The position numbers and the translations under genes were made by a program. 26,605 nucleotides of DNA from the IMG/VR virus record IMGVR_UViG_3300037465_000671, positions 1 to 26,605 of that record; one strand, 5' to 3'. Origin of the DNA: a virus (taxonomy: Duplodnaviria > Caudoviricetes). The notes under the pieces were generated by a model. The model did not search any database. It worked only from the letters and a program-made list of their open reading frames with translations, and was not told where the DNA came from. Positions 1-7,376 of this stretch are shown one piece after another; position 1 is the stretch's first letter, and each line of letters starts with the position of its first letter.

Positions 1-37
1 TTTTAAGGAGAGCGAACTAGAGCCTATAGGAGGAATG

Positions 38-74
38 GTTACAACTACTAAGAATCCCTATTAGGGATTGAAAC
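38..74 (+). CRISPR. Single 37-nt CRISPR direct repeat of cyanobacterial type (resembles repeats of type I-D arrays); positions 1-37 may be a spacer
   Basis: GTTACAACTACTAAGAATCCCTATTAGGGATTGAAAC has a GTT start, an AATCCCT-ATT-AGGGATT hairpin (53-69) and the canonical ATTGAAAC end. Only one copy is visible and it is at the window edge, so an array cannot be confirmed. Confidence 0.72.
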
Positions 75-2101
75 TAGTTTGGCTTGCTTGCAAAGTAAAT
101 GGAGTATGCCAAGTCTACCGATACGATCCGCATCAAAAGGCTAGCGCCAGATTAATAAAGATAGGTAACGATCTAGATGGTGTACCTCAAAAGCTATTTA
201 TTTGGCAAGATGGACTTTATTTAATTACCGATACAAACCTTTATCGATTAATTGGTACTACAATTACCAATATTCCGCTGCCGAGTAACTTTAGACCCTT
301 GGACGCTATAGAATTTAGCCATCAAAAACGCTTATTCATTGGTGGCTATATTGCCAATACAGCCGCACTGTTAGAGTCAAGCGATGGATCGCACTTCAAT
401 CAAGTCCCTGGCGTTCCTCAGTCCTTTACGGCTTGCGCGATCGCTTCTTTATTGGAAATCAGAGGCGACCTCATTTTACTGGCGAGAGATATTGGCAGCA
501 ATCAATCTGGGATTAAACTGCATAAGTTGCCTAACGGCATCACGGCAAATATTACTACTAGTAGCTATATTGAAATCGGTTATTTGCCTTCAATATTTTT
601 GTATTCAATAAGTCGAATTGATTTTGCTTTTTTATTGGGACATTATTATTTTGCCGTTGGTGACGATCTTTGGTTATTTGACGGGCAAAATACAGCATTT
701 CATTCGCTAGAATCTTTAGGAATGCCAAATGCAGAGATTTCTTGCTTAAAAGCTTTTGGCGATGCTTTATTAATTAATTTTGCTGTCGTGCCAAATACTT
801 ATTTGTTTAGTTACTTGCCGCAATCAAACGATACAGTAATGCAAGTCAATAAATGTTTGACTTTATTGTATCCTACAGGGTTTATTTCCGAGCGTCCTTT
901 CACTGGCGGACAATGCCCAGGCGTGCTTTATAGAGTGTATTTAAAGCCCTTATACTGGAATGGAGATTTTGTTTATCCAGGGACTGAAGGAGAAGGAGAA
1001 GAGATATATGTAGATGTATACGGCCCGGTAGCTAGAATTTATTGCTTGCAAACAGCGGCTGAATTGCCATGCAATCCAGGCGATACTTATTATTTTGCTT
1101 TTTTGGTAGCAGATGCTACCCCTGGTCCAAATGCAACTAATATTTTTTTAAGCGGAGGAGGATGTACTCCTACGGGGCAAGATTATTTTGGTTTTTTGCC
1201 TGGCTCGATACGAATAGTAAGATTTGATGGCTTGCCAGACAATTGCGACTCTACTGACGAAAAAAGATTTTTAACCGATAGCGATCGCCCCATCTTTACT
1301 AGTAATGAAAAATTTCACGTTCGATACGGACTGGAAGTATCTAATCTTTCTTATTCATCTGACTTAGCGATCGATAATGGTGAGGCTAGCTTAAACCTTG
1401 CTAATTTTATTGACGACAGCTTGCTAAGCGAAGATATTATTAGATACGCCAATCGAGCATCTTCGGCTACGCAAAACTTAAATGCTAATGCTATTAGGTT
1501 TATTTTAGCTGTAGTCGATCGCGTTAGCTACAACACCACTCATAACTGGCATCCCAATCAAGTTTTGATGACGGGCGAGATTGGAGAAATCAAAATCGAC
1601 CATGCCAGAGCAACATTAGAGTTAGCCTCGCTTAAGTCGAAACTACAAAACAATAACGCACTAAAAACTACCAGTTATTGCAGGCACGTCTTAGGCGATA
1701 ATAACTGTCAAGTTAATTTAGAGCCATTATCGACAACAGGGCAAGTAACAATTTTGTACGATCGCCCACAATTTTTTGAGGCTCAATTAGCCATTAATAT
1801 TCCCAGCACAGATTATTATTTAAGAGGGCGATTGCAATGGTTGAGCGGCGAAAATAGAGGAGTAGTATCAGAAGTAGCTTTTCAAGATAATTACAGCAGC
1901 GATACCATGACCCTGGGGTTATGGGAAACTACGCCTTATCCAATAGCCGTAGGAGATAGTTTTAAAATAAGTCCAGGATGCGATCGCTCGATAGAAACCT
2001 GCCATAATAAATTTAATAACGTGCCTCTATTTGGCGGATTTCCTTGGATTCCAGGAAGCGATCGCTATTTAGCAGGAAGCAATTTATCTGCTCCAGGATG
2101 A
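68..2101 (+). CDS. Tail hub/baseplate protein: DUF2163 plus BR0599-like C-terminus (GTA gp13 / lambda gpL-like), with a ~380-aa N-terminal extension; true start uncertain
   Basis: C-terminal ~295 aa carry IxRxDG...FLTDSD...DLAIDN...TGEIGEI, CRHVLGDNNC and GCDRSIETCHNKFNNVPLFGGFPWIPG, the four-Cys pattern of this family. The called TTG start lies inside the CRISPR repeat. Confidence 0.85.
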   Translation: MKLVWLACKVNGVCQVYRYDPHQKASARLIKIGNDLDGVPQKLFIWQDGLYLITDTNLYRLIGTTITNIPLPSNFRPLDAIEFSHQKRLFIGGYIANTAALLESSDGSHFNQVPGVPQSFTACAIASLLEIRGDLILLARDIGSNQSGIKLHKLPNGITANITTSSYIEIGYLPSIFLYSISRIDFAFLLGHYYFAVGDDLWLFDGQNTAFHSLESLGMPNAEISCLKAFGDALLINFAVVPNTYLFSYLPQSNDTVMQVNKCLTLLYPTGFISERPFTGGQCPGVLYRVYLKPLYWNGDFVYPGTEGEGEEIYVDVYGPVARIYCLQTAAELPCNPGDTYYFAFLVADATPGPNATNIFLSGGGCTPTGQDYFGFLPGSIRIVRFDGLPDNCDSTDEKRFLTDSDRPIFTSNEKFHVRYGLEVSNLSYSSDLAIDNGEASLNLANFIDDSLLSEDIIRYANRASSATQNLNANAIRFILAVVDRVSYNTTHNWHPNQVLMTGEIGEIKIDHARATLELASLKSKLQNNNALKTTSYCRHVLGDNNCQVNLEPLSTTGQVTILYDRPQFFEAQLAINIPSTDYYLRGRLQWLSGENRGVVSEVAFQDNYSSDTMTLGLWETTPYPIAVGDSFKISPGCDRSIETCHNKFNNVPLFGGFPWIPGSDRYLAGSNLSAPG

Positions 2102-2151
2102 CTTTTTGACTTTTTGTTTATGGCTTTTTGACTTTTTGTTTATGGCTTTTT
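2102..2151. repeat. 22-bp tandem duplication CTTTTTGACTTTTTGTTTATGG x2.3
   Basis: Read directly. It begins right after the TGA stop of the hub gene. Confidence 0.9.
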
Positions 2152-2196
2152 CTTTTCTTTATAACTTTTTGTTTTTATTTTTTATTTGACTGTCCC

Positions 2197-3108
2197 ATGC
2201 CATCACCAATTTACGGACTGCCGGAACTAGCACAAAATCAAGCTAATGCTTATTTGACTGTCAACTACTTGAATCAAGCGATCGAGGTATTGACCGGAGC
2301 CAAAGTTATTTCTAGAGCCGTAACCAGTCCTCCTAGCGGCTCGGCAGACGGCGATCTTTATATCGTGCCTGTAGGTGCCAGTGGAGCATGGACGGGGGAA
2401 GAAAACAAACTAGCCATCAAATTAAATGCCACTTGGTATTTTTTTGCACCTAGTTCGAGAATTGGCATTAAATATTTAGAATCAGAATCAAAATTGGTAC
2501 ATTGGAACGGTACGGCTTGGGTGGAGCTAGGGTTAAGTACTGATGTTGAATTTATTCAAGATACGGTAGCCGCCATGCTTGCTGGAGGAACCCATACGGG
2601 GATAAGCTTTAATTACGATGACCCCACGGGGACGATAAGCGCCACTGTTTCTGGCGGTAGTGGTGGCGGTAGTGGTGGCGGTGGGGCAGGAGGGGAACTG
2701 GCTTCTAATTTAGTTTTGCTAAAAGATTCCAATTGGCGCTTAGAATTTGCAGGCAGCGGACCGAGGACTGGCAATTCCTGGAATTCTTTTGCTTCCGGTG
2801 AATCAGGGCAGGGGAAAATTAGATTGGGATATTACGTCTTAGGGCAAACATTGCATTTAATGTTAGCTGGAGGTGGTTCGACCAACGGCAACCTAAAGCT
2901 AATAAAAATAATTGAGAAAGATACTAATATCGTTTTAATAAGTACTACTTTAGCTACCGTGCTAGGAGTTGATGTTGACGCGCTGACTTACTGTACTATT
3001 AGCACCTCATCTGACGCCGGAAAAACTGCTTGCATAGAGGTGGAAGATGCCGACTCTGGAAGCGGTTGGGCTTGGATTTCTATCGGCCAAAATATTTTTG
3101 TACAGTAA
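2197..3108 (+). CDS. DUF2793-family tail fibre / receptor-binding protein with Gly-rich linker and a putative carbohydrate-binding C-terminal domain
   Basis: LPELAQNQANAYLTVN...PPSGSADGDLYIVPVGASGAWTGEENKLA...WYFFAP matches DUF2793. Start moved to ATG 2197 because the 23 codons from 2128 are a translation of the T-rich repeat. Confidence 0.8.
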   Translation: MPSPIYGLPELAQNQANAYLTVNYLNQAIEVLTGAKVISRAVTSPPSGSADGDLYIVPVGASGAWTGEENKLAIKLNATWYFFAPSSRIGIKYLESESKLVHWNGTAWVELGLSTDVEFIQDTVAAMLAGGTHTGISFNYDDPTGTISATVSGGSGGGSGGGGAGGELASNLVLLKDSNWRLEFAGSGPRTGNSWNSFASGESGQGKIRLGYYVLGQTLHLMLAGGGSTNGNLKLIKIIEKDTNIVLISTTLATVLGVDVDALTYCTISTSSDAGKTACIEVEDADSGSGWAWISIGQNIFVQ

Positions 3109-3129
3109 TAGCAATAAACACAAGGTCGA

Positions 3130-5439
3130 TTAATAAAGTGATATTATTTGCTCGTATCCATTAATTACAATTGGATCGAGTTGAGTTATTTTGACAAAGC
3201 CCGATCGCACCGCACCACCGCTTGCCAATACTTGTCCCGATAAGTTCCAAGCATAAAAATCAGCATTAATCCCCGTAACTTCATCGCTAAATAGCAAAGC
3301 GTTGGCAGAACTAAAAAACTCAAGTTTAAATCGATACTCTGCTAATAAATCACTAACTGGTACGTTTGTACTTTCTAGTAAAGTATTAAAGTATCGATAG
3401 TGACACCACTGCCAGCTAACAACGATCGCGTCATCATCGTTTCTTCCTATCTTTAAAGACCCAACAGGAGGGCATTTAAGATCTTCGGCGGTAAAAGTAA
3501 CGGTAGTCACTGGAGAGGTACTTAAATTACCTCCAGGCTCAAGAGCTTTAAACCTAAAATTAGAACCGATTAGGTCGAATCTACTATCGGGCCTGATATA
3601 AAAAGCATCTTCTCCTTTTAATAGATAAAAGCGTTCGGAAATAGCGTGAGCGTTAATATAGGACTGCGTACCGTACAAACCACGAATTAACACCGATAAG
3701 TCGTAAGTTTTTGGAGCGACTAATGCGGCATTCTTAAAAGCAATAATTTCAGTTCCCACGATCGCCAAATTTACTTCGTCATAAAAATCCAGTTCGGGTA
3801 TAGGCGAAAGTTCCCCATCGCCATCTAATCTGACTCTAATAGTGCTAGCGCGATCGACTAACCCACTACTGGCATTCCCACTAGGTATTTGCAATACTTC
3901 CCCAATTACGGCAGGCGCATCGTAAGTATTGACTAAATAATAATTATTACCATTGTCATTACTGGCATAAAGATCGAATACAGCTAAGTCGAATAGAGTA
4001 TGAGGAAAGATATTCAAACTCGCTCTAGCATCTGTCGCTTTTACTACTCTAGCGTTAAGTGCCAATAGCTCGATCGTTCCATAAAAAGGTGGATTGTTTT
4101 CCGGTCTGATCGGTAATAGACTAGGCACGCTGGCTAAGTATTCCGAGTCTTCGACAAAGTTGCAAGTAGCAATATAGTTATTGCCTAGATCTATTTTCTC
4201 GATCGTCAAGCTTTTGGAACTAATCGATCTATAGTTAAGGCTCCAGTACGTCCCCAAGCGAATCAGATCGAAGACGACAGCAGATCCTATATTGGCTTCT
4301 ACTTTCTTCCTTCTCGCCCAATATAGAGCCAATAGAGACTCGCTTATAGACTTGATGGTGTCTCCTGGCAAGGAATAAGTAAGGCTAATAGACTCGCTAT
4401 TGGAATTAAGGAACCCAACTCTAGCAGAGCTAGCTGATTCGTTATCGTGGTCTTTATGTATGCTTGGCGCAGATACTTGCAATCTACTGGGTAATTCGTT
4501 TAAGTCTTTATTGCTAAGGCTAAATACTTTTTCTAGTTCGTTGCCGTAAGGTCTAGCACCAGCTACGCGATCGCTTAACACCGCTGGGCTATTAATATTC
4601 TCTTGAATATGATATAAATCTAAGCTTGAAACAGTAAAGTCAGTAATATCTACGTCTCTAGGCTTAGTTTCCCTTGCCGCTATCAAATATAGTTGCTGTG
4701 CCTGCTCTAAATAAGCTCGATATTGCTCTCCATCTTGAGAAGCGATAAACCCTTTCTGGCGAGTAGTATTGCTATCGGCAAAGCTATCGTTATCTAAGTC
4801 GTTAGGGATAGTGTAATTTTCTATCCCCGATCGCTCGATTAAATCCGCCAAGTGCGAGGGTATATCTTGCCCCACTAATTCGGCACTTACAGGGGGGAAA
4901 GAATTATTGTATTTATCTAGGGGCAAGCCATTAAATACTATCCGGCACAAACCATAGTAAGCAGGCGTAAGACTAGCCCCATCTCTTCCTACTTCTGTCG
5001 GATCTTGAAACGCACCCCCGCCGCGATCGCCGTCGTAAAAAGTAAAGTATTGAGCGGTTTTACTGTTGCGCTCCAAAGTCTTCTCGTCAGTCTTAGTAGT
5101 ATCGTAGGCGATCTCCCCATAGAGCCATAATCTGCGTAAGTTACACTTGCCCTCAGCCAGCAGCACGTCAAACGTACCGTAGTAAGTGTAAGCAGTATAC
5201 TTCGGCCCGCCTTTCCCCTCTCGCTTTCTTTTCTTGACTTCAATAATATCTTTTGCCCAAATCAAATTGCCTGTAACCCTGCCTATGCCGTAGATCTTGG
5301 GTATAGCTTTCCCGTACTCGCTGCTAGGTGCTTTCAGGCTATCTAGCCGATTGGTAGTTCCTTTCTGAGGTTTTTTAAAAAAGCCCAACAAAAAACGAGC
5401 AGCAAAGCCTACGGCTAAAGATATGCCAAAATCAGCCAT
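3130..5439 (-). CDS. Central tail / host-specificity protein, GTA gp15 (Rcc01698, megatron)-like, lacking the TIM-barrel glycoside hydrolase insert
   Basis: SEYGKAIPKIYGIGRVTGNLIWA...GKGGP...YTYY, PAYYGLCRIVFNGLPLDKYNNSFP and EIIAFKNAALVAPKTYDLSVLIRGLYGT motifs; lies downstream of NlpC/P60. Confidence 0.85.
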   Translation of the reverse strand: MADFGISLAVGFAARFLLGFFKKPQKGTTNRLDSLKAPSSEYGKAIPKIYGIGRVTGNLIWAKDIIEVKKRKREGKGGPKYTAYTYYGTFDVLLAEGKCNLRRLWLYGEIAYDTTKTDEKTLERNSKTAQYFTFYDGDRGGGAFQDPTEVGRDGASLTPAYYGLCRIVFNGLPLDKYNNSFPPVSAELVGQDIPSHLADLIERSGIENYTIPNDLDNDSFADSNTTRQKGFIASQDGEQYRAYLEQAQQLYLIAARETKPRDVDITDFTVSSLDLYHIQENINSPAVLSDRVAGARPYGNELEKVFSLSNKDLNELPSRLQVSAPSIHKDHDNESASSARVGFLNSNSESISLTYSLPGDTIKSISESLLALYWARRKKVEANIGSAVVFDLIRLGTYWSLNYRSISSKSLTIEKIDLGNNYIATCNFVEDSEYLASVPSLLPIRPENNPPFYGTIELLALNARVVKATDARASLNIFPHTLFDLAVFDLYASNDNGNNYYLVNTYDAPAVIGEVLQIPSGNASSGLVDRASTIRVRLDGDGELSPIPELDFYDEVNLAIVGTEIIAFKNAALVAPKTYDLSVLIRGLYGTQSYINAHAISERFYLLKGEDAFYIRPDSRFDLIGSNFRFKALEPGGNLSTSPVTTVTFTAEDLKCPPVGSLKIGRNDDDAIVVSWQWCHYRYFNTLLESTNVPVSDLLAEYRFKLEFFSSANALLFSDEVTGINADFYAWNLSGQVLASGGAVRSGFVKITQLDPIVINGYEQIISLY

Positions 5440-5586
5440 TAGAATAAATTGGGTAGACTTACCAATCGGTATGATACCATGCTATAGTCTTAAATGGGAT
5501 AATATTGCCTTTTTTCGCCGGCAGCGCGGGCATATACAGAACGGATATATACAGAAATAGAACAAGCTATCGAAAAACCATTCTAG

Positions 5587-5614
5587 AAAAAGAAGCCAGG
5601 GGAGCCCTGGCTTC
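5587..5614 (-). terminator. Putative intrinsic terminator, copy 1
   Basis: Perfect 10-bp stem GAAGCCAGGG/CCCTGGCTTC with a 3-nt loop, followed by TTTTT on the minus strand. Confidence 0.65.
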
Positions 5615-5630
5615 GTCACGCATACAGAAA

Positions 5631-5686
5631 TAGAACAAGCTATCTAGAACAAGCTATCTAGAACAAGCTATCTAGAACAAGCTATC
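5631..5686. repeat. 14-bp tandem repeat TAGAACAAGCTATC x4
   Basis: Read directly. The neighbouring duplicated unit has only one copy. Confidence 0.95.
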
Positions 5687-5701
5687 GAAAAACCATTCTA
5701 G

Positions 5702-5729
5702 AAAAAGAAGCCAGGGGAGCCCTGGCTTC
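5702..5729 (-). terminator. Putative intrinsic terminator, copy 2
   Basis: Same hairpin and T-tract as copy 1. Confidence 0.65.
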
Positions 5730-5860
5730 GTCAATTGGCGTGAAGGAATTATTTCTTTCCACTCCTATTGTGCCAGTTGGCTTCTAAGTAGTAGTTAGAT
5801 CCATATATGCGCCTCGCGTCGCGTCGCAAAAGCGTATATTATCCCAATATAAATATAGCA

Positions 5861-6409
5861 TCAACTTTGTAGATTGAAATAAGCGATCGCCCGACGCTCC
5901 CAATATCCCTTAAAAGGCACTTCGCATACTTTGCGATCGACTTGAGAGGCATGGATAAACCAAGTGTCTTTACCGTTTACTTTTACCTCATTGCCATAGG
6001 TGACAGCGGCGACAGTTTCCTTAGAAGTCTTGCTGGGTAAAGTTTTTGTCCTGTCGCCTATATAGGCGACAGGATAGGTGACAGTAGGTGACAGGTCTTG
6101 AATTTGGCTTACTAATCCGACGTGATGAGGTACGCCATTAAAACGAAAAACGATAATATCCCCTAGTTCTAGCTCTTCTTGCTGTTTGGGGGCAAAATAC
6201 GTGCCGATCGCGTTCAGCAGGGAATCGCCATTAGGCGTTCGCTGGTAGTTGTCTTTTAGGGCGATCTCCATGCCCAATTCCTCGGCTACCGCTAGAAGAA
6301 ACTGAACGCAATCAACGCCAATACCCTTGGTGCGTTGATGGTGCTGCCAAGGGGTATCGATCCAGGTGCGGGCAATGGCGATAGTTTGAGATCTGATTTC
6401 TGTTTGCAC
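5861..6409 (-). CDS. Phage tail NlpC/P60 cysteine peptidase (GTA gp14 / lambda gpK-like) with a ~40-aa repeat-derived in-frame insertion
   Basis: ARTWIDTPWQH...GVDCVQFL...GDIIVFRF...HHVGLV...FIHA motifs. The segment between HVGLV and FIHA is abnormally long. Confidence 0.9.
   Translation of the reverse strand: MQTEIRSQTIAIARTWIDTPWQHHQRTKGIGVDCVQFLLAVAEELGMEIALKDNYQRTPNGDSLLNAIGTYFAPKQQEELELGDIIVFRFNGVPHHVGLVSQIQDLSPTVTYPVAYIGDRTKTLPSKTSKETVAAVTYGNEVKVNGKDTWFIHASQVDRKVCEVPFKGYWERRAIAYFNLQS
5989..6094 (+). repeat. ~100-bp TAGGTGACAG-rich element inside the NlpC/P60 gene, homologous to 26491-26598
   Basis: CATTGCCA-TAGGTGACAGC..CGACAGTTT..TTA.AA..CTT[core]AA.G.TTT...CTGTC.CCTAT.TAGG.GACA is collinear with the right-end copy. 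Confidence 0.85.
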
Positions 6410-6438
6410 GATCGATCCGTTTTTTTAAAATTATTTAC

Positions 6439-6605
6439 AAGAAAGAACGGGAGCGTAAAAGCCCACCAGCGAAGCGTCCTTCAGGAGTGGGATGAAAAAT
6501 GCCGCTAAGAATATTCAAATGGTTGGGACATCGACCGTTAAGTTATTGCCGTTCGAGCTTAGAATCCCACGGCTTTAACGCAGTGTAGCCGTGGGAGTAT
6601 GTCAA
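6439..6605 (+). mobile_element. Non-autonomous miniature IS200/IS605 (TnpB-type) element: left end, last tnpB codons and right end
   Basis: Preceded by TTAC (6435-6438). Left hairpin CCCAC..TCCT-TC-AGGAGTGGG; NAAKNIQMVGTST (from 6498) resembles the TnpB C-terminus; right hairpin TCCCACGGCT/AGCCGTGGGA; ends in TCAA. The left boundary is approximate. Confidence 0.8.
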
Positions 6606-6653
6606 CCCTCTCCTAACTCCTAAGCAGAAAAGGGGTAAGATCGAGGCTAAAAC

Positions 6654-7004
6654 CTAAAACGGGCAATATTCTTCATACTCAAAGCAAGCGGGATTGCTTT
6701 CATCCATCGGAATATCGAGCTTCGTGCAACGCCCTTGGCGATCGCTAAAGTGTACGCACATGGTACAGATAGGTTTAATCTTGGTATTTGCTGGATTGCT
6801 AGCCCAAAACTCTAACCCTTCAATGTACCCAAGGATATAAGCGTCGTCGCTTTTATGATACCGAATATCAGGCATGGCATTTACGCTGCCATCGGTATAG
6901 CCGTCTAGCCAGCGATCGCGCGCTGCTTTATCTTGCTCGGTGATTTCCTCGTTGGGAAAGAATGTATAGGTGCTTTCTGAAGAAAGAACGAATTGACGTG
7001 CCAT
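6654..7004 (-). CDS. Hypothetical phage protein with a C-terminal CxxC...C...C metal-binding motif
   Basis: CTMCVHF...GRC...AC motif. ATG 7004 is preferred over 7019 because GGAGA lies upstream of it. Confidence 0.65.
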   Translation of the reverse strand: MARQFVLSSESTYTFFPNEEITEQDKAARDRWLDGYTDGSVNAMPDIRYHKSDDAYILGYIEGLEFWASNPANTKIKPICTMCVHFSDRQGRCTKLDIPMDESNPACFEYEEYCPF

Positions 7005-7214
7005 AATATAGATCTCCATTCCATTAATTTGGGTTGTAAGGGCGATCGCTTATCTCTTCGCGGGGAAAGCGATCGCTGTAAATTTGCAGTTTTCTTGACT
7101 CGGAAAGATCGACCATTAATCCCGAATAAGCGTTGTAGTCGGTACTGGCGTGCTCGTTCGGTCTTTCGATCTCAAATTCAATCTCGACTTTTAACCGTTC
7201 TAAATTGCAGTTAC

Positions 7215-7376
7215 AGAAACCTTTTGATTTCTGCACGAGTATCCTTGGCAAGTGCCTCAAGGTAACTGCAGTAGTCTTCCAGTTCCCACAAGAAACCTTT
7301 TGATTTCTGCACGAGTATCCTTGGCAAGTGCCTCAAGGTAACTGCAGTAGTCTTCCAGTTCCCACAAGAAACCTTT
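7215..7376. repeat. Perfect 76-bp tandem duplication bounded by the 10-bp microhomology AGAAACCTTT
   Basis: Units start at 7215 and 7291; a third AGAAACCTTT is at 7367. Confidence 0.95.

Larger units (their letters stand above)
5479..5861. repeat. Intergenic cassette bounded by ~58-bp imperfect inverted repeats and containing an internal ~70-bp direct duplication
   Basis: The left arm (5479-5536: ATGCTATA, TGGGATAATAT, GCATATA) pairs with the right arm (5804-5861: TATATGC, ATATTATCCCA, TATAGCAT). Direct copies are at 5549-5618 and 5622-5733. Confidence 0.7.

Noticed and set aside
384-611. 75-aa ORF nested in the hub gene, and likewise 4989-5243 in the tail gene
   Set aside because: Off-frame ORFs inside well-supported genes.
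2128-2196. Hydrophobic signal-peptide-like N-terminus of the DUF2793 ORF
   Set aside because: It is a translation of a T-rich tandem repeat; the family motif starts at ATG 2197.
68-5439. Diversity-generating retroelement or shufflon acting on the fibre genes
   Set aside because: No reverse transcriptase, invertase, template/variable repeat pair or repeated crossover sites were seen around these genes.
5549-5733. Repeated units resembling a mini CRISPR array
   Set aside because: The sequence between the repeated hairpins is itself duplicated rather than unique spacers.
6993-7265. ORFs 7024-7260 (-) and 6993-7265 (+)
   Set aside because: The minus ORF starts at a TTG inside the 76-bp duplication and neither has a recognisable motif; the region is probably non-coding.
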